Assembly: GCA_045639725.1 (NCBI GenBank)
Contig: JAZUDR010000328.1
Span: 1 to 52,257 of the forward strand
DNA from: Candidatus Avigastranaerophilus sp.
Lineage (GTDB): Bacteria; Muiribacteriota; Ozemobacteria; Ozemobacterales; Ozemobacteraceae
Direction: 5' to 3'
DNA length: 52,257 nucleotides
A program made the translations under genes and the position numbers. The stretch's first letter is position 1. Every line of letters starts with the position of its first letter. This document shows positions 26,954-35,825 of the stretch, in pieces. Under the pieces are notes generated by a model that worked only from the letters and a program-made list of their open reading frames with translations, searched no databases and had not been told where the DNA came from.

Positions 26954-27592
26954 ATGCATTATCAAATAAGAAATAGAAAAGGTCTTGCTTTTGTAGAAGT
27001 AATGATTGCCTGTTTGATGCTGGCTGTCATTCTTCTGCCTATGTTTCATTTTCTTACCACTTCGGTTAAGGAAACAGAGAGGACCTATGCAGAAGTTATT
27101 GCTATTTCCAGAGCTAAGATGATAATGGATACTTTGCTTTATCAGGTCCCATGGCGTGCAATAAGACAAGGGAACCCATGCACAATAGAAGACCCTAAGG
27201 GCGAATCTGAAGCCATAGCCTTTTTTAAGGAAGTTATCCCGGATATTATGGGTGAAGGTTCTTCTGCTTCCTTGGATGGAAGATTCATTGGTGATGGAAT
27301 TTATACCAGTGAAGCAGGCTTTAAGTTCAGAGCCAGAGTTAAGGTTGTTGACCTGGACCATGACGGCTTGGGAAGTCAGGAACTGTTTTTCACCGTAAGA
27401 ACCAAGGGCGGTGACTATAAAGACTTTAAATTTAATGAAATCACTTCAAAAGACGCTGACGGCAAATATAATCTTGTGAAAAAGATTGTTGTTCAGGTTA
27501 AATGGAGTCTGAGCAAAGGCAAAGACCCACATGATGACCCGCATGCCAAGAGTATTTTTCTAGTCGGTTTCAAATCAAATCTGGAAGGTTGA
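26954..27592 (+). CDS. Prepilin-type N-terminal cleavage/methylation-domain pseudopilin (212 aa)
   Basis: MHYQIRNRKG / LAFVEVMIACLMLAVILLP: the Gly(-1) and Glu(+5) class III signal peptide, then a hydrophobic helix. Confidence 0.75.
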   Translation: MHYQIRNRKGLAFVEVMIACLMLAVILLPMFHFLTTSVKETERTYAEVIAISRAKMIMDTLLYQVPWRAIRQGNPCTIEDPKGESEAIAFFKEVIPDIMGEGSSASLDGRFIGDGIYTSEAGFKFRARVKVVDLDHDGLGSQELFFTVRTKGGDYKDFKFNEITSKDADGKYNLVKKIVVQVKWSLSKGKDPHDDPHAKSIFLVGFKSNLEG

Positions 27593-27594
27593 GC

Positions 27595-28134
27595 ATGATA
27601 AAGAATAATAAAAAAGGCATGGCAGTAGTTGTTGTATTGTTCTTTGCTTTTGCAATAGCAATAATCATGTTTTTTATGCTCCAGTCAAATACCAACCTGA
27701 CTAACCAGACGAAGCAGACCTTGTATGAAATGCAGGCTAATTATCTCGCACAGTCTGCAATGCAATATGGCAAGCTTCAGATTTATCTTCTTCCAAAGGA
27801 AATTTACGAATACTATTCCAGCAATAGTGGCGCTTCGGATTGCTTTGACAAATGTGATTCTGATTATTTGCCACCATTGGCAATGTCTGCTTTTTATGAT
27901 CCAAAAGGCAAATACGATTTGTTTGAAAACGACAAAGCACCTGACCTGGCATTTCCTTACGGTGGAAAATTCGCTATTACTAAGTGCGAATACATTCTTT
28001 CCAATGCCAATATGAAAATGGTTCAAGATAGCTATCGACTTGAAGTGGAAGCTTCTATTGCCCACGGACAGAAGAAAGAAAAATCTGATACCTTGTCAGA
28101 AGACTTTATTGTATCAAGATATACAGGGAGATAA
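27595..28134 (+). CDS. GspK/PilX-like minor pseudopilin lacking Glu+5 (179 aa)
   Basis: MIKNNKKG / MAVVVVLFFAFAIAIIMFF: a prepilin-like leader without Glu+5, as in GspK/PilX-type minor pilins. GGAAGG Shine-Dalgarno sequence; start lies 2 nt after the upstream stop. Confidence 0.55.
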   Translation: MIKNNKKGMAVVVVLFFAFAIAIIMFFMLQSNTNLTNQTKQTLYEMQANYLAQSAMQYGKLQIYLLPKEIYEYYSSNSGASDCFDKCDSDYLPPLAMSAFYDPKGKYDLFENDKAPDLAFPYGGKFAITKCEYILSNANMKMVQDSYRLEVEASIAHGQKKEKSDTLSEDFIVSRYTGR

Positions 28135-28998
28135 ATGATGATTGCTGCAAAGAAAAGAGGCTTCACTTTCATAGAAGTCTGCATGTCAATACTTATACTA
28201 TCCCTTGTATTTGGTGTGGCGGCCGGAATAATGAGCTATTCACGCAAGGAATCAGAAAAGGGGCGATGGATTCAGCAGAGCCTCGGCATGCTTCGTAATG
28301 CAACAAGACAGATTGGTGACAAACTTAAGGAAAAGTCCTATCCGTCAACTCTGGTTGCTAATCGTTCTGCTACTGATGCTACAAAATTTAACCAGATTGT
28401 TATTTCTTTTAAAGAACGCCGTGAATACGACAGCACTGGTAGACTTAGATTCATGGAAGTTAATGATAGTAATATCTACGAAATCTTTGCTGCTACCAAT
28501 GGTGGTTTAATTGCTCCTACTGATATGCAGATTCTATTGATGTATTTCCCCATATGTACACCGGAAAAAGACTTCCAGAGTGACTATACACCTGGTTTGA
28601 TTACTTGGGTCAGATTCGTTCTTGAACCTGCAGCTGATTTTGAATATACAAAGCGTGGTAAAATCGTAATGGAAGAGTATGAAGCTAATTACGATACACG
28701 CGAATATGAAATTGCCAGAGCCTATAAGCTTGATGATCCTTTCAATATTGAAACAGCTAAGCTGAAGCGCCAGAAGGAAATAATCACAGATGTCAGTGGT
28801 GTTCAGATTAAGAGCTTTGAAATGAGCAGCTCAAGAGGTTCATACGTTGACTCAAAATCTGGTAGCCGCTCAGAAGATTTTAAGCAGATAAAGAATATCA
28901 TAAATTTTAAAATTTACTGCACACATCCAAAGGACGACAAGGTCAAGATTACAGATACATGCTCTGTAACTGCCAATTCAGAAGTGATACCATTATAG
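28135..28998 (+). CDS. Prepilin-type N-terminal cleavage/methylation-domain pseudopilin (287 aa)
   Basis: MMIAAKKRG / FTFIEVCMSILILSLVFG: the canonical G/FTxIE signal. ATG directly follows the upstream TAA. Confidence 0.75.
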   Translation: MMIAAKKRGFTFIEVCMSILILSLVFGVAAGIMSYSRKESEKGRWIQQSLGMLRNATRQIGDKLKEKSYPSTLVANRSATDATKFNQIVISFKERREYDSTGRLRFMEVNDSNIYEIFAATNGGLIAPTDMQILLMYFPICTPEKDFQSDYTPGLITWVRFVLEPAADFEYTKRGKIVMEEYEANYDTREYEIARAYKLDDPFNIETAKLKRQKEIITDVSGVQIKSFEMSSSRGSYVDSKSGSRSEDFKQIKNIINFKIYCTHPKDDKVKITDTCSVTANSEVIPL

Positions 28999-29169
28999 CT
29001 GTCGGATTCTCAGACAGCTGGGTTAGGGACCTGTGCTTTTGTAATTATTAGACAACTCTAATGGGTTATAGCAAGGTCTGAAAGATATATAAGATTTTTT
29101 AATTTTTAGTTAAGAAAATCTTATCCCTATACGATAAAAAAGTATCTACAGTATAGGGAAGTCCATTTC

Positions 29170-29460
29170 ATGAAACAGAAGCAAGTACACAATAGCGTTG
29201 ATGATGAAGCATTAGAATTGATTCTTTGCAAAATTTCTTCCGCAGTATGTGAAACCGAACGCCTTAGCGACAATTTCAACGAACTCAAGAAACGTTACGT
29301 AAAAGCGTTAAGAGAGTTAGGCGTCGCCAATGAAACTAATGAGCTTCTGAGAGAAGAGATCAGAAACCTTAGATGCAGAGAAGCTGCTCTTATGGGACAG
29401 CTTAGGCAGAATACTGAAGTATTCGGTGAAGAAGAAGTTGACCTTAGAATGGTTAATTAA
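29170..29460 (+). CDS. Hypothetical coiled-coil protein (96 aa)
   Basis: Heptad-like Leu/Glu/Arg-rich sequence (NELKKRYVKALRELGVANETNELLREEIRNLRCREAALMGQL). AGGGAAG lies upstream. No family recognised. Confidence 0.45.
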   Translation: MKQKQVHNSVDDEALELILCKISSAVCETERLSDNFNELKKRYVKALRELGVANETNELLREEIRNLRCREAALMGQLRQNTEVFGEEEVDLRMVN

Positions 29461-30596
29461 TAGGTCATACCGAATATAAATCCACAGATTGCACTGAACA
29501 GTACAACAAAACCCAGGAAAGCGAATGCTTTCTTTTTCCCTACTATGGGGACAAGGGCAAGGATACTTGGTAGACTTACTGCAGGACCAGAGAGCAAAAG
29601 TGTTAAGGCTGGACCGGCATGCATACCATAATCCTTTAAGGTGGTTACAATGGTAACACCTACGATTGTACCAAAATACATCAGTGCTCCAAGAACTGAA
29701 GATACCAGATTACCTTGTATAGTGTTGTTTTCAAAGAAAGTTAGGAACTTTGTTAAGGGTACTTCTTTGCCAATGATACTGCATACAAAAATCCCACCAA
29801 GAACCTTTGGGAATATCATGATAAAAAGAGTGTAGGCTTTCTTTAGCCACAGTTGTATTTCGAATTTATCAAATATTTTTCTAGCCCATAGAGCAATAGC
29901 TATTATTTCGACAACAACAGTTGCAATTCGGCTGTAGAAGCCTGTTGTGATACCTATATAAGAAGTTGCCATGACAGTGTAGTCATCTAATAGACCTGTA
30001 GTAGAAAGCATCAGAAGAACCAGTAGGAAGAAGAATACTGCCAGTTGGCCGTCAGTATAATTTGTTTCTTCTTCGACAATGACATATTTCGATTGAATTG
30101 GCTTGTATTGCTGATCTGGAAAGCAAAGCTTCATGCAAAGGCCTATAACCATAGCACTCAATAAAACCGCAATTGCTCTTCCTATTAAAAATTTGCCACC
30201 TAGTAAACTCCATGTGTAGGAAAGTGCAATCAGATTCACTGCCGGAGCAGACATGAGGAAGGTAAAAGCTGGACCTACCCCTGCGCCTTGTTGCATAATA
30301 CTGGTGAATATTGGAATAACACCGCATGAGCAGACTGTCAGGATACCACCTGATAGTGCTGCAACCGGATAAGATATTAACGGGTTTGCATTAGCGCCCA
30401 TCAAACGTGTGATTCGTTCTTTATCCAGGAATATGGCAATTGCACCAGCTATTAAAAAAGCTGGGACCATACCTGATATAAGGTGTGTTCCAATAAATTC
30501 ACCGCAACCTGCGAAGCCAGACCAGGTCCAGCCTAAGTGCAAATTGTTCAGTAAATCATGGAACTTTACAACGATGTCATTCAGAAATTCTATCAT
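29457..30596 (-). CDS. Permease of the ArsP/DUF318 (PF03773-like) family
   Basis: About ten hydrophobic helices, with the hallmark TVCSCGVIP motif in the first half. ATGA overlap with the upstream thioredoxin-like gene. Confidence 0.7.
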   Translation of the reverse strand: MIEFLNDIVVKFHDLLNNLHLGWTWSGFAGCGEFIGTHLISGMVPAFLIAGAIAIFLDKERITRLMGANANPLISYPVAALSGGILTVCSCGVIPIFTSIMQQGAGVGPAFTFLMSAPAVNLIALSYTWSLLGGKFLIGRAIAVLLSAMVIGLCMKLCFPDQQYKPIQSKYVIVEEETNYTDGQLAVFFFLLVLLMLSTTGLLDDYTVMATSYIGITTGFYSRIATVVVEIIAIALWARKIFDKFEIQLWLKKAYTLFIMIFPKVLGGIFVCSIIGKEVPLTKFLTFFENNTIQGNLVSSVLGALMYFGTIVGVTIVTTLKDYGMHAGPALTLLLSGPAVSLPSILALVPIVGKKKAFAFLGFVVLFSAICGFIFGMTY

Positions 30597-30859
30597 TTGG
30601 ACTGTAATGCCAATTCTTTCTTAACCCAAAGTTCTACTTTTTCTTTTATGACTGGTTTGCCCATAGAATAGATTTTGTAGCCGAGGGCAACAACCGGAGT
30701 TGAATACAAGCCGAAATCAGCAGTTTCTGGTTCTCCGTCAATAAGGATTTTTATTTCTATATCATTAGGATACTTTTCTGCTATTTCTTTGCATATACGT
30801 TCTGTATCTGCACAGCTTGCACATTTGGTCTTACTTTTTATAACGGAAACCTTAAGCAT
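30593..30859 (-). CDS. Thioredoxin-fold small protein (redox-active disulfide protein 2-like)
   Basis: 88 aa with CASC near the N-terminus. Its size and its pairing with an ArsP-type permease are typical of this family. Confidence 0.65.
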   Translation of the reverse strand: MLKVSVIKSKTKCASCADTERICKEIAEKYPNDIEIKILIDGEPETADFGLYSTPVVALGYKIYSMGKPVIKEKVELWVKKELALQSK

Positions 30860-30862
30860 GGT

Positions 30863-31642
30863 TTAATTTCCTTTCTCTTTTGTATCATCACCAGAGAACC
30901 ATTCCTGCATAAGGATTCTTGAACGCAATTCTTCAAAGCTTGTTCTGAGCTTTGATACGCTCTGGTCTAACTGGTCTTTTGAATCATTTTTAGCTAATGA
31001 CTGTGATATTGATTCTATTAACGCAGCAGTGCTTTTTGCGGCTGCAGCATCGTCTTCTGTAGTATATTTTACGAAGGCGTCAAGATCTGATTTCAGCTTT
31101 TCTAACTGTTTCTGGGCTTCTTGGGCAGACTTGCTTTCAATCATGCGCTGCAAATCATTCAGGTCGGCAGAGGTTGTAATGAAAATCTGCTTTTCATCGG
31201 TAATGCCGACAGCCTCAAAAAAGGTGCCAATGGTGTTGCTCAGTTCTAGGACATTGTTGTGAGCTTCAAGATACTGCTTGTTGTTTACAAGTTTTCGTAT
31301 TTCACCTATTTTGCGAGCTGTTAAACTCATTTTTTCTCGCCACTGCTTGTCGTTCTTGGCTTCATCTGGTGGATTGGTCATATATTTCTTGGAAAATTCC
31401 AACCAGGCGTCTAAGGCGCCATTTACTTCTGTAGAATAATCTTCCTTAGGAGTGTATTTCAGAGCGGTGCCTAGAACAGTCATAGAATTCATGAATGAGC
31501 GTATTGTCTTTGAGAATTCGCTTGTTGGATTCTTTGCGGTTAAGAGCATTACAAGTGTGTCGTCGCAGGAATACACCGGTGCTGAGACGAGTAATGAGGC
31601 TGCTAATAATATATAAAAACTATTTCTGGTTAACTTGTTCAT
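30863..31642 (-). CDS. Secreted or lipoprotein-like all-helical protein (259 aa)
   Basis: Signal peptide ending SAPVYS-C (possible lipobox). The rest is helical and Lys/Glu-rich. No family recognised. Confidence 0.5.
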   Translation of the reverse strand: MNKLTRNSFYILLAASLLVSAPVYSCDDTLVMLLTAKNPTSEFSKTIRSFMNSMTVLGTALKYTPKEDYSTEVNGALDAWLEFSKKYMTNPPDEAKNDKQWREKMSLTARKIGEIRKLVNNKQYLEAHNNVLELSNTIGTFFEAVGITDEKQIFITTSADLNDLQRMIESKSAQEAQKQLEKLKSDLDAFVKYTTEDDAAAAKSTAALIESISQSLAKNDSKDQLDQSVSKLRTSFEELRSRILMQEWFSGDDTKEKGN

Positions 31643-31698
31643 AAGTCAATTATATAAAATTAACTTATGAATATCAATATTAAAGAGTTTTAAGGTTG

Positions 31699-33573
31699 TC
31701 ACCAGGAGATTACAATTGGTAGTGAACGGAGATTGGTAATGTGTGTAGAGCCTTGAGGCAGGCTAATGACAGATTGATTCAGGTCTATTGTTTCAGAAGC
31801 AGCATCATTAGATATCTGTATTTTTCCTGTTTGCTTAAAAAGACCTTGAATACTCTGGAAACTGCGATTCATTGGATGTATATTCAGCATCGGCACTGCT
31901 TCTATGTCATAAACTCCTTTTGAATATTCAAAAATGAATTCAGCAGGAATGAAGGTTATGTTTTTTATACGATTAGCAGTGCTTAATATTGGTGAGAAAA
32001 ACTGCTTCTTCACTTCCGGAAAGTTTTGTAGATATACAAAGGCTTCTGACAATGGAATAAGCAGACCTTCTAATGCTTCAAGCTCTTCATTCTGCCCGGG
32101 TATGTCAAGGCTATTATAGTTATCTACTCTGCAGATTGCTTCTTGAAGGAGATTTGTAAGATTATGCTCTGATTCTCTTGTATGGTTTATATAGCTTTCC
32201 AGAAAACTCTTTGAACTTAAATAGATTTTATAGGTTTCTGAAGCTTTCAGTTCCATTTCGCTGTCGACTATGCTAAAACGCGGTTCTGGAGTAGCTTCGC
32301 TGGCTCCTATAATGAAGTCCTGATAATATGATAGTGGAATTTCGTTTAAGGGATTCGGATAAATCTCTTTAAGATTCTGTGACTGTTCCTTTGTTAGGTT
32401 CGTCACGCTTAATTTTTTACTTGTGCCGATATAGCCTTTTCTGGCTAAGGCCAATGCCAACTTGTCTTTTTCAGTATTCTGGAATTCAGAATTTAACTCT
32501 GTTAGGAAAAGATTAAATTCGTTTTTGTTATGAGGTGGTATATATCTGATTTTTTCATGAGTTGAGACTTCATTTCCTGATATCTGCCAAACCTTGAAGA
32601 GGGCTGGGCAACCTGCGAGTAATGGCTTTTGAAGAATCAGCGAAACAGTGCCGCCTTCTAAGTCCAGGTTAGAAAAATAGTGAAGCTTACCGTTCTGCCA
32701 TATTTCGATCTGTCTATGGTCTGAATCTGGACAACCATAGGCTAACAATGTATCACCGCTTTGGCAGTTAAGATTAAAGATGTAGCCGCAGGTTTCGTTG
32801 TTGTCTTTATCTGAGCTATAGGTTGGTATAGTTTCCAGTGAGCTCAATTTCGGTTCAGAATCATTTCCCTTAACGTAAATAGAAATCTTTTGTTCGAAGC
32901 TGCCTGACTGAAATACAAAGGTATAAAAGCCTTCTGGTGATGCTGGATGTATTTCTGTTTCGAAATTTGCAAGACCAACAGAATCTGTTGTCACTACTCG
33001 ATTCAGAGTTGTTAATCCTGACGGTGCAATAAGCTTGACTCTCACAGGAATCTTAAAAATGCTGAGACCATTCTTTTTATCAACAGAAGCTAATTTAAAG
33101 GAAACCTTGCTTCCAGCGCGAACCTGATTGGCTGGTGGCTGAACTACGATGGCTCTTTCCTTTTTTACAGGAATTTCACAGGTAAGAATCGGTTTATCGA
33201 CTCTATTGTCTGGATAAAGAACAGCTTTTACTGTTGTATAATCTAATTCTGCTGGAAAATCACAGGAACAAGTGTATTTGCCTGGCATGGCAAAGGTAAG
33301 TGGAATCCTTGCTTCTCGTGTCGTTCCGTCTACCATCGGCATTATAAATTGTATACCTAGGTTTATTCGCGATTCAAATGTTCGCTGGCCGTCAATTTCC
33401 TTAAAGATATTTATAAGAAAATCCTGACGGATGCCTGGGGTAATATTGCCGTCTGTTGAAATAATAGCAGTATATAAATCAGCCGGCGAAATGTGCCGCC
33501 ATGGGTCGTTTAACTGCATTGCTAAAAGACCGGCTATTATAATTGCTATTATTAATGAAATATTTTTGCCCAT
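31699..33573 (-). CDS. Membrane-anchored protein with MG2/Ig-like beta domains (624 aa)
   Basis: N-terminal helix ISLIIAIIIAGLLAM. The segment VVQPPANQVRAGSKVSFKLASV ... TDSVGLANFETEIHPASPEGFYTFVF resembles alpha-2-macroglobulin MG2-type domains. This is a low-resolution call. Confidence 0.45.
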   Translation of the reverse strand: MGKNISLIIAIIIAGLLAMQLNDPWRHISPADLYTAIISTDGNITPGIRQDFLINIFKEIDGQRTFESRINLGIQFIMPMVDGTTREARIPLTFAMPGKYTCSCDFPAELDYTTVKAVLYPDNRVDKPILTCEIPVKKERAIVVQPPANQVRAGSKVSFKLASVDKKNGLSIFKIPVRVKLIAPSGLTTLNRVVTTDSVGLANFETEIHPASPEGFYTFVFQSGSFEQKISIYVKGNDSEPKLSSLETIPTYSSDKDNNETCGYIFNLNCQSGDTLLAYGCPDSDHRQIEIWQNGKLHYFSNLDLEGGTVSLILQKPLLAGCPALFKVWQISGNEVSTHEKIRYIPPHNKNEFNLFLTELNSEFQNTEKDKLALALARKGYIGTSKKLSVTNLTKEQSQNLKEIYPNPLNEIPLSYYQDFIIGASEATPEPRFSIVDSEMELKASETYKIYLSSKSFLESYINHTRESEHNLTNLLQEAICRVDNYNSLDIPGQNEELEALEGLLIPLSEAFVYLQNFPEVKKQFFSPILSTANRIKNITFIPAEFIFEYSKGVYDIEAVPMLNIHPMNRSFQSIQGLFKQTGKIQISNDAASETIDLNQSVISLPQGSTHITNLRSLPIVISW

Positions 33574-33650
33574 GGCCGAAAATTAGCATTTATTGATGTT
33601 AAAAGTCAATGGTATTGGAATGATTCATTTAATATGCTACTATTACTATT

Positions 33651-35825
33651 GTGAATAATGACAGTATAACAGTAACTATTGAACGTATAACCTTTGCAAA
33701 TGAGCAGAACGGCTACCACGTATTAAAAGCCTCCGGGCGCGATTATCCGAATGGTGTAACGCTAGTCGGTAATTTTTGCATGATTCAGCCCGGTGAAGAA
33801 ATAAAGGCTTATGGGACCTGGGCCTGTCACCCGACCTTTGGCATGCAATACCAGACCTCACATTATACTGTTCTTAAGCCCGCAACCTTGAAGGGAATAG
33901 AAAAATTTCTCGGCTCCGGTCTGATAAAAGGCATTGGGCCTGTAACAGCAAAAAGGCTTGTAAAAACCTTCGGCATTGATACGCTTGAAATTATAGAAAA
34001 CCATCCTGAAAAACTGGCTGAATGTCCAGGCATCGGTCCAAACAAAGCAGACAAGATATCTCAGGGGTTCTTTTTGCATCGTTCAATTCAGGATATAATG
34101 GTCTTTCTGCAAGGCCATGGAATTTCAACAGCTTATGCCGCAAGGATATTTAAAAGGTATGATAAGGAAGCCATAAAAAAGGTTTCGGAGAATCCGTATA
34201 TTCTTGCTGATGAAATACCTGGTATTGGTTTCAAGAAGGCAGACGACATTGCTGCCGAATTCGGTATTATTGGAAATGACCAGCGCCGTGTTACTGCAGG
34301 TATATTCTATACACTGAACTCTGTAAATAAAGACGGGCATCTCTTTTTGACAAGTGATGAGCTTTTTAAACTGTCTGGTGAGACATTGGGAATAACAGAC
34401 GAGAATCTGGTTGCCAATGCATTGAATTCACTGGTGACTTCAAAAAAGATTATTTTAAGAGAGTATGATGACCGAAAACTTTATTATCTACCAAACAATT
34501 TTTACTCTGAAGCTAAGAGCGCCTTTTTTGTAAAACGTCTTGCTTCATGTGCTAGAAATATTCCGAGAGATCAACTGACTGCAGTCTTAGACCAGGCTAT
34601 GGAGGCTCATGGCTTAAAATTGAGTGATATCCAGCAATTTGCCGTAGAAACTTCACTTACAAAGGGACTTGTTATTATTACTGGCGGCCCTGGAACTGGT
34701 AAGACAACTACCTTGAAGGCAGTTGTAATGGCTCACAAGGCCATGGGGCATAAGGTTCTTCTTGCTAGTCCTACAGGAAGAGCCGCTAAGAGATTGACAG
34801 AGGTTTCTGGTTTTGAGGCATCTACTATACATAGATTATTGAAGTATGACCATCAGATCCATGGCTTTAAGCATAACCATGAAAGCCCGTTAGATTGTGA
34901 TGTTCTCGTTATAGACGAAGCATCAATGGTAGATATGAGCTTGTTCTATTCTGTTGTTCAAGCCGTTCCTCAAAGAGCTTCACTAGTGCTTGTGGGTGAT
35001 GTTGACCAGCTTCCATCTGTTGGGGCAGGGCTTGTTCTTAATGAACTTATACGTTCTGGCATTGTGCCTACGGTCGTATTGAATACCATTTTCAGACAGG
35101 CAGAAACATCTGATATAATAAAGAATGCTCACCTTATCAATAAAGGGCAGATGCCTGTTCTTACAGTTCCTGACGGGAGAGCAAAGACAGATTGCTATTT
35201 TATTAGTGCAGACCCGGTTGATAAGGTAATCGATTTGTTAAAGAATGTCGTAGCAAAGAGTTTGCCGAAGAAATTCGGTTATGTTCCTATCAGAGATATT
35301 CAAGTGCTGACTCCAATGAATAGAGGTCCACTAGGCGCTGTTGCTCTGAATTCCGTGCTGCAGGGAATACTTAATCCGCCATCTCCTGAACGCGCTGAAA
35401 TTCAGCATGCTGGCCGAGTGCTCAGGGTGGGGGACAAGGTTATTCAATTAAGGAACAATTATGACCTTGATGTATTCAATGGTGATATTGGGGTTATTAC
35501 CGAAATAGACCCTGAAGAGCAGGAAGTTACTATCGATTTCCCTCAGGGGACGGTAGCTTTTCAGAGTGCTGATTTTGTAGATCTTGCTCATGCTTATGCT
35601 GTAACTATACATAAGTCACAGGGAAGCGAGTATCCTGCGGTTGTTATGATTGCGCACACCCAGCATTATATGATGCTTCAGCGCAACCTTGTATATACGG
35701 GTCTTACCAGAGCAAAGAAGACAATGGTTTTTCTAGGTACACAGAAGGCTATTAGTATAGCTGTGAACAACAATAAGATAAAAGCTCGCAATACTATTCT
35801 GGCTGAGCTGCTGAAGGAAGCTTGA
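33651..35825 (+). CDS. recD2: RecD2-type SF1B ATP-dependent DNA helicase
   Basis: ITGGPGTGKTTT (Walker A), VLVIDEASMVD (Walker B), LVGDVDQLPSVGAG, TIHKSQGSEYPAV and LVYTGLTRAK motifs. GTG start. The stop TGA (35823..35825) is built from the first units of array B. Confidence 0.9.
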   Translation: MNNDSITVTIERITFANEQNGYHVLKASGRDYPNGVTLVGNFCMIQPGEEIKAYGTWACHPTFGMQYQTSHYTVLKPATLKGIEKFLGSGLIKGIGPVTAKRLVKTFGIDTLEIIENHPEKLAECPGIGPNKADKISQGFFLHRSIQDIMVFLQGHGISTAYAARIFKRYDKEAIKKVSENPYILADEIPGIGFKKADDIAAEFGIIGNDQRRVTAGIFYTLNSVNKDGHLFLTSDELFKLSGETLGITDENLVANALNSLVTSKKIILREYDDRKLYYLPNNFYSEAKSAFFVKRLASCARNIPRDQLTAVLDQAMEAHGLKLSDIQQFAVETSLTKGLVIITGGPGTGKTTTLKAVVMAHKAMGHKVLLASPTGRAAKRLTEVSGFEASTIHRLLKYDHQIHGFKHNHESPLDCDVLVIDEASMVDMSLFYSVVQAVPQRASLVLVGDVDQLPSVGAGLVLNELIRSGIVPTVVLNTIFRQAETSDIIKNAHLINKGQMPVLTVPDGRAKTDCYFISADPVDKVIDLLKNVVAKSLPKKFGYVPIRDIQVLTPMNRGPLGAVALNSVLQGILNPPSPERAEIQHAGRVLRVGDKVIQLRNNYDLDVFNGDIGVITEIDPEEQEVTIDFPQGTVAFQSADFVDLAHAYAVTIHKSQGSEYPAVVMIAHTQHYMMLQRNLVYTGLTRAKKTMVFLGTQKAISIAVNNNKIKARNTILAELLKEA

